A DNA stretch of 64,000 nt from Octopus vulgaris (taxonomy: Eukaryota): assembly GCA_951406725.2 (NCBI GenBank), contig OX597817.1:152148001-152212000 (forward strand), written 5' to 3'. Both the position numbers and the translations under genes were made by a program. The notes below the pieces were generated by a model. It did not search any database. It worked only from the letters and a program-made list of their open reading frames with translations, and had not been told where the DNA came from. Positions 1 to 13,200 of this stretch are shown here, piece by piece. Position 1 is the stretch's first letter. Every line of letters starts with the position of its first letter.

Positions 1-252
1 TATGTTATAACTTCTATTTCTGCTCTATTCAGTTATAATGTATCATTAATATACTCAATATATCATTTAACATATTTTATAATATACCATATACCATTAA
101 TGAGCAGTATATCATATCATTAATATACCATATATAATACCACAAATGTACCAAATACTTAGGAATGATATACAAACTATTCAAGTCTACTTTCTTGGAT
201 TTGCCCTTCTTCATATTATAAATCATAGCTAATGTTAAAAGAGACCACTTAA

Positions 253-473
253 CCCTTTAGCATTTAAACCGGCCATATCCAGCCAAAAGTATTCTGCCTG
301 TTTTATGTTCAAACTGGTCAGATCTGGTCTCTCAGACCAACCCTACAATATCATTTTAAAAATTAACAGCTACCTCATCAAAATCTCATAGCTACAAGAT
401 AATGCATGATTAGTTCAAAACAATGTGGATGAAAAGGCATTAATTTTGGCAGAATAATGCAAACACTAAAGGG
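253..473 (+). mobile_element. piggyBac-like TTAA MITE
   Basis: TTAA|CCCTTTAG...CTAAAGGG|TTAA; related - copies at about 21586-22031 and 47350-48272. Confidence 0.82.
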
Positions 474-2065
474 TTAATGATCTGGGTGTGTGTATAGTTT
501 GGTAATAATAAGCAGATTCCAAGGTAGAACAATTGTAGATAATTACTTTACATTGCAAAGCAGACGAGCTTGAATTAGATAAAACTGACCTATCAAAAAA
601 AAAAGCACTTGTTCTCCCTGCAACTGAAGTTACTATTGTGTGTAATATAAACTCATCATCTATGTTTGTCAACTGGAGCTATGCTATTCTGAGCAATCAA
701 TGCTGGATTGTGTCTTAGATTTTATTAAATCTATTAAGTAGCTATTGTATTAGCAAATTATAGCACCAATTAAATTCCATGCTTTGAAAACACTTAGAGA
801 TTCTCAGCTCTTATTAATACCAAAGAGTTATCATCACATAAACACCCTTTCTTTTCTTTATGTGAATTATTCAATCCTTCTCAGAAGACATAACCATACT
901 TTGTTTAAATCCTGTCTTGTCTTCTATTAATATCAAAAACACCTGACAGATATCTACGTTTTCCTCATCAACAATGACCTCCCATATATCCTCTCACAGA
1001 ATATCACTATTTAATGACATTTAGCAATATGCAATGCTGAGTCAATCTCTTACTTCTCATGAATATTAATCAGTTTAAAGGTTTCCATTCACAAGATTCC
1101 TGTATCAACTATCTGAGATCTATCTTATGTTCACAACCTTACCGAAATCACATAAGCAACACTTTATATTCTCTTGAGAGCTAAAATATCATTTCAGCTT
1201 TAGTCATTATTTTCTCTCTTCAAAGCTTAAATATATTTTAAATGTTCATCCTCTTTAATCATTTAAATATTAAGAAGCCATTTTAAAAAGATATATTTGC
1301 ATTATTAACAAGGTTTGCTGAAAATGCTCATTTGCTAACATTGCAGATATCTTGTTTCTATTTCAAGAGAAAAAAATCAACAAACCACGCACTAACTCGA
1401 CACCAACCCACTTGTTTTTTTATTATTTATTACCCACACTCTATTCTCCTTCCGAAAGACTCTCTGGAAGTATAAATGCAGTCCATTATTCCACTAAACT
1501 TGTAAAATTCCATCCCTGTCCATGTGTTTCTAAACCAACTTTCAAAATTTCACATTAATCACATCAGTCTTGCTTGTTTTAATATATTTTGGTGGACTAA
1601 GGCAGTGAGATGGCAGAATCATTAGCCCACCAGACAAAATGCTTTGCAGCATTTCATGTCTTTACATTCTGGGTTCAAATTCTGCCTAGGTCAATTTTGT
1701 CTTTTATTATTCTGGGATCAATAAAATAAGTACCAGCTTAGCCCTGGGGTCGATGTAATCGACTTGCCCCTCCCTAAAATTTTGCTGGCCTTGTGCCAAA
1801 AATTTGAGACTAATATTCAGGTGGACCTCAACAAAATACAGACAATTTCATCATCACTTAACGTCTGCTTTCCATGTTGGCATGGGTTGGACGGTTTAAC
1901 TGAGAACTGGCAGCCCAGTAGGCTGCACCAGGCTCCAATCTGATCTGGCAAGGTGTCTACAGCTGGATACCCTTCCTAATGCCAACCACTCCAAGAGTGT
2001 AGTGGGTGCTTTTACATTGCCACCGACACAGGAGCCAGTTAGGGGGCATTAGCATCGACATAGAC

Positions 2066-2125
<60 letters not shown>

Positions 2126-2425
2126 CACAGCGGTAATTGTGTGTTTCAAATGCTTACTTTCCAGCTACATGGCTTCAGGTCAACTTGGGTAAATGCCTTG
2201 CAAACAGATTTGGTAGAGAGAAACTGAAATGTGTGTGGGGGAGTGTCTCCCAGTTTTGACATTACAGGACTGTTATAAATGTGTGTCACCACTGTATGAG
2301 CACTATATTTCATTTCCAGTCTTCTCTGGAAACATGTCTGACCATGGAGAAATACAACCTTACCTGGAAACAGGAGATATTGGTGACTGGAAGGTCATCC
2401 TACTGTAGAAAATCTACTTCAATAA

Positions 2426-2656
2426 GGCGGCAAGCAGGCAGAAACGTTAGCACGCCAGGCAAAATGCTTTGTGGTATTTCATCTTCCGCTGCGTTCTGAG
2501 TTCAAATTCTGCCAAGGTCAACTTTGCCTTTCATCCTTTCAAGGTCGGTAAATGAAGTACCAGTTATGCACTGGGATCGATGTAATCAACTTCATCCCTT
2601 TGTCTGTCCTTGTTTGTCCCCTCTATGTTTAGCTCCTTGTGGGCAATAAAGAAATA
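2426..2656 (+). mobile_element. tRNA-derived SINE family B (representative copy)
   Basis: B box GAGTTCAAATTC, core gcctttcatcctt..ggtcg..aaa...agtacc; 19-bp TSD agaaaatctacYtcaataa. Other approximate copies: + 1600-1815, 12541-12772, 14960-15165, 21592-21817, 45557-45772; - 10240-10468, 13250-13462, 27221-27419, 53407-53640, 61014-61243; several have 10-17 bp TSDs. Confidence 0.9.
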
Positions 2657-5600
2657 AGAAAATCTACCTCAATAAATTCTGCCTGACCAATGCATGCATG
2701 GAAAAGTGGATGTTAAATGATGATCACGAGGATGAGGATAAGACCTGTTGAGGCAAGTGAGGATCAGAATCGAAATCGATCAATGGAAATTGCAGATGTG
2801 TTACCAGTGCCGGTGGCATGTAAGAGAACCTTCCGTTTCGCGACCGTTGTCAGCACCGCCCCGACTGGCCTCGTGCCGGTGGCACGTAAAAAGCACCATC
2901 CGTTCGTGTCCGTTGCCAGCCTCGCCTGGCCCTCGTGCCGGTGGCACATAAAAAGCATCATCCGTTCGTGGCCATTTGCCAGCTCTGTCTGGCACGTAAA
3001 AAGCACCCACTACACTCACAGAGTGGTTGGCATCAGGAAGGGCATCCAGCCGTAGAAACACAGCCAGATTTGACTGAGCCTGATGAAGCCTTCTGGCTTC
3101 ACAGACCCCAGTAGAACCATCCAACCCATGCTAGCATGGAAAACGGACGCTAAACGATGATGATGATGATATATATATATATATATAAATGAGTAGATGG
3201 AACTGCTATATAAGCTTTCCAAAAAGTGAAGCTTAAGCTTCTCTCAAACATCAATAATAAAATAAATACTTAACACCCTCACCTGACTTTTGGGTGTCTT
3301 TAGTGAAATCCACTCTGCTACAAGTACAAAGACTAGATCTCTGGCTTGAGGATAGCCTATATGTTATGGGCCTTTCTCCTTTGCCATCTATCCAAACTTA
3401 GAAGCCCTTCAAAAGTTCATAGACACTGTCCTGTCTCCTGACTAAGCCATCAAGATTTATACTCTTCACCCTTTCTTTACAGTCAGTCATCACCTCCTCT
3501 CCTTCAAGTTACATCAAAAGAAGTCCCTTGGGGGAGAGGAGGTGGTGACTCATTCTTGACACCTAACTCATTTAACTATTAACTACCCCTCTACTCTTGT
3601 TCACCATTCATCATGTTCACTCCTACCCTCAACTCTAACTATCCCTCACTCTCCTGTCACACTCTTGTAACCTTTATCTATCCTTCCTGATATTCTTTTC
3701 CCACTTTCTTCCATTCACATTATTGTACCTTGTGGATATGCCTTTGTCACTAGCATCTTTATTTCTATTGTCAGTGCCATCCCAATTACTCCTACTCACT
3801 CTTATCTAATATGGAGTAGCTATTTATCTCCTCCACAGCAACGAAACTGTTTTTGTTGATTTTATTTTACTTTAATCTCTTAACACCTAGCATAAAGCTT
3901 CCTCTTTTCATCTACTATTCTGCCCCCCACCCCGTCCCCCACTTTGTCGAGGGTGCTTTTTAGTCTTGCAAGTTACATGGCGACCTCATTGTGCCAGGGT
4001 CACAAAAATGGCACCCGAGACACTCTGTAAAGTGGTTGACATTATGAAAAGAATCCAATCATAGTAACCATACAAATGCAGACATAGGCACATGAGGCAA
4101 TCCTTAGAACTGTTGGACCATGTCAAACCATCCAACCCATGCCAACATAGAAGAGGCATAGATGATGATGATGGTGGTGGTGGTCCACATGGACAAAATT
4201 GATTAAAATAATAAACACTTACCATTGTGATAAATGAAGGTAATGGCTAAAAGAAATCTCAATTCAAAGGAAGCAAGTTTGAACTCTCAAACACTCTGAA
4301 GCTGATTTTAAAATGTTCCATAGCAACAGCCAAAACTATTTAACAAATCTTGCTATCACATTTATATAACCTAATCTGGAATAGCAGCTGTATTGCAGAT
4401 CAATAGTAGAAGTTGAACAGACCCATAATTCATTAGATTCCATGTGGAAATTATTATCTCTGCTTTGGGAAAAATGTAAAAATCTCACCTCTAGATGTTA
4501 AAATAGTGAAGGTCATATTCATCCAGACATCTTAATGACCAAACTCGATATTGTAAACTTAATTACAGTAGTTTTTCAAGCAACTGTTGATGAACGGTTA
4601 CACAACAGAAATAATTTTTTTTTTTAATTCCACAAATAACGTTTTCATCATAAAGTAAATTTGATACTATTCTCTGTACAAGAAGTATGTATTTCAAAGT
4701 GGAAAACCAGAAAACTTCATAGAACTTAGTGCTGAAGGCAAAGAATGCCTTTTTCATCATTCGTTGATAGTCCATGACCAGCTTTATTGTGCCTGAGCTG
4801 CTTTCGGAAGTAAGTGCCTGCATCAAGTACTCTTACCATCTCTCCACTTGTTGATGAGCCATGAAGGAAAGACAAGTCATTATGTTCACAGCATCCATGA
4901 AGCCACATGGGGTGCTAGATATTGGTTAAATATAACCTTGTCAGTGCCGCTGGACTGGCTCCTGTGCAGGTGGCACATACAAAAGCACCATTTGAGTGTG
5001 GCCATTGCCAGTACTGCTTAACTGGCCCTTGTGCCGGTAGCATGTAAAAGCACCCACTAGACTCTCAGAATGGTTGGTGTTAGGAAGGGCATCCAGCTGT
5101 AGAAACTCTGCCAGATCAGATTGGAGTCTGGTGCAGCCATTTGGTTTACCAGACCCCAGTCAAATCGTCCAACCCATGCTAGCATAGAAAGTGGACGTTA
5201 AACAATGATGATGATGATACATATCTGTCTTAGGGTCCCTCCTACTGGATTTTCTGTAAGGGTTTACTCACTTAACCTTTTTAAATTCTCAATAAATAAC
5301 ACCACAAGGCAGCAGAGCTTTGAATTAGGAATTATCTTTATCCTAGACAGATGTCCCTGGAGAGGTGAAATGGGCCATATCTACTTGTGTGTGTTTTTGT
5401 CAGCTGACAAATGGTAACATCCTTAATGCTTTACAGAGCCTTTGAATCTGATTAGTTATTCACAGACTGGAAACTTGGTCGAAATACTTAGACAAGAATC
5501 AAAACCATGGAGACATCCAAGAGCGGGCATGATATCTCCAATAAACTTCCACACAGTTTAGTTCTAATTTAGGAAATTTGACTCACAAGGATTTGGCCAA

Positions 5601-5691
5601 CTGGTGGGCTATGATAGAAGATACTTTCCTAAGGTGGTATGCAGTTGGGGATCAAACTTAGTACCACTTAACTGAAAAGTGAATTTAATAT

Positions 5692-6115
5692 ACTAATAAT
5701 GAAATTATTGTATGCAGTGCTCCTGTGCACCACAACTTGTCAAAAGTGCATATAAAGCATATGCTGTAATGTACAAATGTCTAGAAAGTGAACAGTGTAT
5801 GAATCAGATATATGCTTGGCGTGTGTATGGAGGGGAGAAAATCAGGTGTAGTGTTGGTGAATCTCAGAAAGCATGGAAGTTTTGAAGGATGCAGTACTCC
5901 GACAACTAACAACTGATGCCAGCAGTTTGTTCCTCCAACTCTTAGCATGAAAAAATGTTTCCGAAAGTCATGGGAGCTGTGCTGTTTTCTGACTTTGTAA
6001 ACATGTCCACAAGTGTTAGACAGGTGGAGTTTGAAAAGGTGCTCAGAGTTATTCTTAGTAAGATGGTTAATAATTTTATGGGTGTCTGCTTGAACCTAAG
6101 GATTAGTTTCACAGT
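5692..6115 (-). mobile_element. CR1-group LINE 3' fragment
   Basis: Minus-strand NTCGHVYKVRKQHSSHDFRKHFFMLRV...NKLLASVVSCRSTASFK, typical of a CR1 ORF2 C-terminus. Confidence 0.7.
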
Positions 6116-6845
6116 GTAAGGTAGTGCTCCAGCATGGCCACAGTCACATGACTGAAACAAGTAAAAGTGTAAAATAGTGTATTATTACAACCTGAACATA
6201 GATAGCACTGCTATGCTTTTTTATAAATAATACTCTATGTAGTTTGTTTTATCTCAAGAGAGTCATTATGCCAATAATAAATATACACTGGCTCTATTTC
6301 AATGCTTTTATTATTATTTGTCAATTTGTTAACATTTAACAAACAAACTAATCAATTGTTTAATTAATCAATCAATCAGATTGGTTTATCGCAGTCCCCC
6401 TGTCACCATCTGTGACCTCCTCATTGAGATATTCTCTCAATTCCAAGTAGCTGTCTCTCTAAGTGGATTATTGCATGTATATTTTTTCACAGTGGAGAGG
6501 AAGCATAACAACCAGAATGGACTCATGCCATTGTTGTTTATCTTCAGCTCATTCTTGTTTTATGTAACTTATCAAAGACTTTTCAGTCTAGCCCATCCAA
6601 TCTTCTGTTCTGATATTATGTACCCAGAACATTTTCCAGTTTGAACACCCATTTTAAGATGATATGATATGATTTAAGAAATAACAGCTGCTGTTTCTAG
6701 CAGATTTAGAAACTGAGTATAATCAGTATTGGCTCAACCAGAATTATTTGATAAACTGGTTAAACTGGATTATTTTCATTAGCATTAGGTTGTAATGCTA
6801 ATAAAAATCTTATATGATTTTACTGCTTGTGGAATCTACCTCAAA

Positions 6846-7233
6846 TCTATATATATAAAGCTGAAGTTGTCTGTGTATGGCAGGTTTGGTAGCCTTCAAC
6901 TAACATTATCTCCTCTGAGACCCTGTGGCGCAAGTTGACCAAAATTGAAAGTATGATAGAAGGCTTGCTCTTCATTCCGTAGAAGATAAAATTCAAATTG
7001 GACCATGTTAACACAAAAAATTATTTACATCAAAAAGGTGCTTTTTTTCTATGAAAATCCCTATTTTTTACGATTTTTTTTACTGCTGTGTCGCCTTTTT
7101 CGGTGTATTTCAACCAAGAAAATGTTCACTTAAAGAGAATAACAAGCTACATAATGGAAAAATTTTTACTTTTCAAAAATTTCAATTCTAAAGGGTCGAA
7201 ACAAACCCGAGCAATGCCGGGCGATACTGCTAG
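6846..7233 (+). mobile_element. Non-autonomous Helitron (388 bp)
   Basis: A|TC start, subterminal GC hairpin 7206-7221, CTAG|T end, no TSD; three copies in window. Confidence 0.88.
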
Positions 7234-7669
7234 TATAATTAATAGTTCTCTTAGATTATAAAATAGAATATTATCAAGTACTTGTGACATGAAGCAAAAG
7301 TGAAATGCTTTATCATTGAAAATAGATCTTATAAATAAAACAATTCTCACTTACATTTATCAAAACTTAAAATATGAACAGCTGCTTAGATCTTACAAAA
7401 TTACTATTCAGCAAGCTTATTGTCTTGCAAAGATACATTACAACTGCTCTTAACATATTCTTTATGTAGTTTAACTATATCACTGAAATATCAAATTTGT
7501 GTGTAAATGTATGCACATATATATATGTGTGTGTGTGTGTGTATACATATATACATACATATATATGTGTGTGTGTGTGTATACATACATATACACACAC
7601 ATATACACATACATATATATGTATATATGTGTGTGTATATGTATGTAGACACACACAGACATATATATA

Positions 7670-8080
7670 TATTGTTATATTTCGGAATGGTCATTTTGCC
7701 AGTTTAGCCAATAAAAACACATGCACTATATATTTGGTGTTATTTTGCTTCAGTGTTATATTTATTTTTTACATTAATCTTAATCTTATTTCGGCCAGAG
7801 TTCTTTCGTCACACTCCTGTGACCGCATCAGTAGTCCTTTGTTTTCTTCTTTCTTATTTGTGTCTCTCCTTACTAACCGTCAGCCATTTTCTGGCTGACG
7901 GTTAGTAAGGAGAGACACAAATAAGATTAAGATTAATGTAAAAAATAAATAACACTGAAGCAAAATAACACCAAATATATAGTGCATGTGTTTTTATTGG
8001 CTAAACTGGCAAAAACAATAACAATATCTGTTTCAACACACGACTTCACATAAAAAATCTTGCACAACAAATATTTAAAC

Positions 8081-8084
<4 letters not shown>
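7670..8084. mobile_element. Foldback, Penelope-like remnant in a TA microsatellite
   Basis: Outer inverted arms 7694-7791 / 7919-8014; perfect 35-bp hairpin 7852-7926; hammerhead-like motif 7793-7837. Confidence 0.65.
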
Positions 8085-8111
<27 letters not shown>

Positions 8112-8489
8112 TGATGGCACTCCGTCAGTTACAACGACAATGGTTCCAGTTAATCCAATCAATGGAACAGCCTGTTCATGAAATTAACATGCAAGTGGCT
8201 GAGCACTCCACAGACATGTGTACCCTTAACGTAGTTCTAGAGGAGATTCAGCATGACAGAGAGTGTGACAAGGCTGGCCCTTTGAAATAAAGGTACAACA
8301 GCAACTTCAACAAGTGAGAGAAAGATGTGGTGAAAGAGTACGGCAAGGTTCATCAACACCCCCTGCCAGAGCCTCATGGATCTTTAGGTGTTTTCGTTCA
8401 ATAAACACTCACAACGCCCGGTCTGAGAATTGAAACAACAATCCTATGACCATGAGTCCGCTGCCCTAACCACTGGGCCATTGCACCTC

Positions 8490-8526
<37 letters not shown>

Positions 8527-8527
8527 G

Positions 8528-8582
<55 letters not shown>

Positions 8583-8609
8583 GTATGTATGTATGTATGT
8601 ATATATATG

Positions 8610-9358
8610 TAGGCCTCACTGAGGAAATGACCAGCGACTGAGACCTTTGGAAATATGCTGTACGGGAGAAGACCAGGCAGGACAAGTGAGTCCAGCCCAC
8701 TTATGCATGCCTTTCCTCCCTTAGACACACAAAGACCTGTTGAGGCAAGCGAAGTCGATATCGAACCTCATTCGACGACAGGCACTCATGCCAACACCCC
8801 TTTGCTTGCGAAGACCTGTTGGGGCAAGTGAAATCGAAATCGGAATCGGAAGTGAAATTGAACCAATCCTATGACTGGCACCCGGCAGATGCCTGGACCC
8901 TTGGACTGGAGATACGTAAAAAGCACTATCCGAATCGTGGCTGATGCCAGCGCCGCCTCGACTGGCTTCTGTGCCAGTGGCACGTAAAAAGCACTATCCG
9001 AATCGTGGCTGATGCCAGCGCCGCCTCGACTGGCTTCTGTGCCGGTGGCACGTAAAAAGCACCATCCGAATTGTAGCCGAAGCCAGTGCCGCCTCGACTG
9101 GCTTCCGTGCCGGTGGCACGTAAAATGCACCAATCCGACCATGGCCATTGCCAGCCTCGCCTGGCACCTGTGCGGGTGGCACATAAAAAGCACCCACTAC
9201 ACTCACGGGGTGGTTGGCGTTAGGAAGGGCATCCAGCTGTTGAAACATTGCCAGATAAGACTGGAGCCTGGTGCAGCCTTCTGGCTTCCCAGATCCCCGG
9301 TCGAACCGTCCAACCCATGCTAGCATGGAGAACGGACGTTAAACGATGATGATGATGA
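8610..9358 (+). mobile_element. RTE LINE 3' fragment (ORF end plus 3' UTR)
   Basis: GLTEEMTSD*DLWKYAVREKTRQDK matches the 23417 element; same 3' end and GAT tail. Confidence 0.9.
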
Positions 9359-9599
9359 TATGTGTGTGTGTGTGTATGTCAGATATTTCCCATCTCTAAA
9401 TGAAGAATTAAAATGTTTTACTATAGTTTTGTACTTGCATAGCAAGACCAAACGATTTCTCTGCAGTTTTCTGAGAACTAATGCTAAACCAAATAATTCC
9501 AGTTATATTTTCCTTGAATTTTATGGAAAGAAATTCTGTTTATGAAAGCTATGATCAATAAATATTTAATGAGTAATGTTTAACTTATCTTCTTTTTAG

Positions 9600-9768
9600 G
9601 TATGGATCTTCAGTTTTCTCTGGATATGGGAGTTACGTGGGAACTTTTTCAGACTGCCTGCACACCTTCCGATATAGACTGTGCCAGCTATCATCAGAGC
9701 AGCCGATTTATGTCTGATATTTACCATGGATGGAATAGAATTACATTACCTGTCCCTTATTATGCAAA
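9600..9768 (+). CDS. RELN: Reelin exon (1st in window), repeat 6A with Asp-box/BNR motif
   Basis: ttttag|GT...AA|gtaag, phase 1 to 2; MDLQFSLDMGVTWELFQTACTPSDIDCASYHQSSRFMSDIYHGWNRITLPVPYYAK with S-x-D-x-G-x-T-W. Confidence 0.93.
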
Positions 9769-10066
9769 GTAAGACAGCAATATCTTTTTAACATTTTTCT
9801 TCTTTTTTTTTTTTTACTTGTTTTAACCATTGAACTGCAGCCATGCTGGAGCACTGCCTTGAAATGTTTTAGTCAAACAGATCGAAGCTCCTGCCAGTGC
9901 TTTCTTTTTATTTCATGTCTGGTATTTATTCTATCAGTCTCTTTTGCTGAACTGCTAAGTTACAAGGACATAAACAAACCAAAACCAGTTATCAAGAGGT
10001 GGTGGTGGTGCAGAGTGTAAACACACGCTCAAAATGTACACACACAGTTATATGATAGGCTTCCAC

Positions 10067-10222
10067 CATTAGCATAGCTAGGGGGTGGGGCTGTTAGGGG
10101 CAGTTTGCCCTGGGCAGCAGTTCTTTTGAGTCTGCTGTAGGGAATATGTACTTTTTTGTGGGGTCAGGGGGTGGCAAACAGAAGGTCTGCCCTGGGTGGC
10201 ACACACTCTAGCCACGCTAGTG
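10067..10222. mobile_element. Small hAT-like MITE
   Basis: Imperfect TIR CAYTAGCRTRGCTAG; 8-bp TSD gcttccac/gcttccat. Confidence 0.68.
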
Positions 10223-13200
10223 GCTTCCATACAATTTCTTATTTCTTTACTGCCCACAAGGGGCTACACACAGAGGGGACAAACAAAGACAGACAAAGGG
10301 ATTAAGTCGATTACATCAACCCCAGTGCATAACTAGTACTTATTTAATCAACCCCGAAAGGATGACAGGCAAAGTCGACCTCGGTGGAATTTGAACTCAG
10401 AATGTAAGACAGACGAAATACCAAGCATTTCACCTGGCGTGCTAACGTTTCTGCCAGCTTACCGCCTTACAATTTCTGTCCACCAAATCCACTCACAAGG
10501 CATTGGTCACTCTGAGTCTACAGAAGATACTTGCCCAAGATGTCACATAGTGGAACTGAACCTGAAATCACGTAGGTGCAGAGTGAGCTTCTTAACCACA
10601 CCGCAATGTTTTCAAAAGAAAAGAATACTAATTTCAGAAATTATAACAAAACACATGCAGTACTAGATTAAATTGAATTTTGTATGTATAAATTTTTAAA
10701 TATATTTCAATTTGCACGTTGGTAAGACTTGACATTTTCAATTCTCTGTGTCATCATTTGCTTCTCTGTTCAGTACAAACAACTTATTTTTTTCAAACTA
10801 GTCATACTTTGAACTCAGTACATGTTATAGAGCATATTCTTTTCTCATATAATGGGATCCTTCTGGCAACAATAGAATGTTAGTGTCTGAACAATCATAT
10901 CATTCTAGAAACTCTGAGTAGCTATAGACTGTGTCACCAGCTTTGTGCAAATATATTTATCCTATCTACTTTTCTATATATTACTCTATCTATGTCCCTC
11001 TTGAAAACATCTTTTTTCTTTCTTTCCCTTTTACTGACCTTGATGTTATTTCTATTAAATAATTTGTTATACATATGACTAGGTGGGAATGATTTATTAA
11101 TTTGTATTTAAAGGTTGCTGGAAATACCTGATCTTATTTAAGCTACAGTAATGGATGAACCAAATTATATTCTGTTTTCAGCAATTACTGCTCTTTCTTA
11201 AGAAATTGATCTCATCTTTATATTTTCATCTCATCTTTATCTTTTACTTAATGTCCCATAATAATAACTGACAGTTTTATCAAATGTTAAATTATCTGTT
11301 TAAATGTTAAATATTCTTTTATTTATGTTACTGATTTATAAATATATCTGTAGGGTGGATGAAATCTTTATCAGTATACATAAGGTTTTCATTCAGTTTT
11401 CTGTAAAGTCGATGTCTACCTGCCAACAGGTAACATCTAAAAAGTTGACTGATATTAGTAGTTATTATGGTGTTGAGGCCAAATTCATTTAAGCGTGCTT
11501 ATTGGGGCTATTTTAATCTTATTTAACTTTCAGCTAGTCTTGTGTGAAAAAGCAAAACCATCATCCCTATATAAACCTGTTTTTTAAGACTTTAAATATA
11601 CTTTTGAATATATCTAGAATATGTAATCCAATTGTGAAGGCACATGGTTTAATGGTTAGAGTATTTGGCTCACAATCATAAAGTTGTAGGTTCAATTCCT
11701 TGACTGAGTGGCATAGTGTATTCTTGAGCAAGGCACTTCATTTTATATTGTTTAGTTTACTCAGTTGTAAGGAGTACTCCCTCTATCTATCACATCCTAA
11801 ATGTTCCACTGGATCAAGGATGAGGTGACTGAGGTGTCTTATGTTTACATAAACACCTACAACAAACAGTGGAAACATGATACATGTTACCAAACCATAC
11901 TCACTAGTGAATGACATCTGGCTATGTTGTCTAATCAAATCACATACCTTAACTTCATCAAAGTTCTCCATCCTTACATCAACAAAATAGGGCTTTCCTG
12001 GCAAACAATTATATCAATATTATTGCTGCTGGTAATGAATGTTTCTTGCAAAATCCCAGTCCTTGTTGAGAAAAGGGTTGGAAATTGATGGATACAATTC
12101 AACAATGTTAAAATGTGAGAACCTGAATTTACTATTAAACCAACCAAATATATTATTGTTGTTGTTTCATAGTTTCCAGTTGATTTTTCTAATATTTTTG
12201 AAGATATTAAGTAAAATCTATTTTCTGACTACACTAAATTTGTTCTTTACCAAGAATATAACACTGCACATGGGGTTAACTGTGAAATTATCTTTATGGT
12301 CTTTGAAGGTGGTGTATTTTTACATTTGGTTAGACATTTTATCTTCTTATTCCACTTCAGGCAAGTAACTAAGATGTTTCAATATAATAGGTGTTACTAT
12401 TATTTGTATAATGTCATTTGTAGGAAGTCTGCTGTAGTTATCTATATTTCTAGTTTATATATAAGTTTAGGATTTTATCAAAAAATGTGTATAATTAAAG
12501 ATGTTGAATTGTCAAAAGCATTAGAATACAGTAAATAGAAAGGCGGTGATCTGGTAGAAACGTTAGCATGCCAGGCGAAATGCTTAGTGGTATTTCATCT
12601 GTCTTTATGTTCTCAGTTCAAATTCCGCCAAGGTCGACTTTGCCTTTCTTCCTTTCAGGGTCAATAAATTAAGTATCAGTTACACACTGGAATCGATGTA
12701 ATCGATTTAATCCCTTTGTCTGTCCCTGTTTGTCTCCTCTATGTTTAGCCCCTTGTGGGCAATAAAGAAATAAAAATACTGTAAATAGAATGTCTCACTC
12801 TATACATTCTGGATTTCTACACAGTGAGTTCAAATCTTACTGAGATCACCTTTGCATTTCATCTTTCAAGGGTCAATAAATAAAGTACTCCAACAAGGGC
12901 AGTTCATTGGTAGAAATCTTAGAAGTGCACCTATGCTGGTGTTGTGTAGAAAAGCACTTGTTCAGGACCACATAAAAAGTGCCTGTTCTGGTTCCACATA
13001 AAAAGCACTCATGCCAGTGCCTTACATAAAACACCTGTGCTGGTGCCATGTGTATAGAGCATCCATGCCAGTGTCATGTAAAAGTACCCATGCCGGTGCC
13101 ACGTAAAAAGCATCCAGTATGCTCTGTAAAGTGGTCGGCGTTATGACGGGCATCCAGCCATAAAAACCATGCCAAAACAGACAATCGGAGCTTGAGCAAC

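Noticed and set aside
8786-9326. Recurrent ORFs such as MVLFMCHRHR / AFYVPPA / YQIHSQGFG
   Set aside because: Chance translations of RTE 3' UTR and SINE repeats
1-9599. Additional reelin exons
   Set aside because: No reelin-like peptide with splice signals was seen; treated as intron. ORF 4563-4826 is unrecognised
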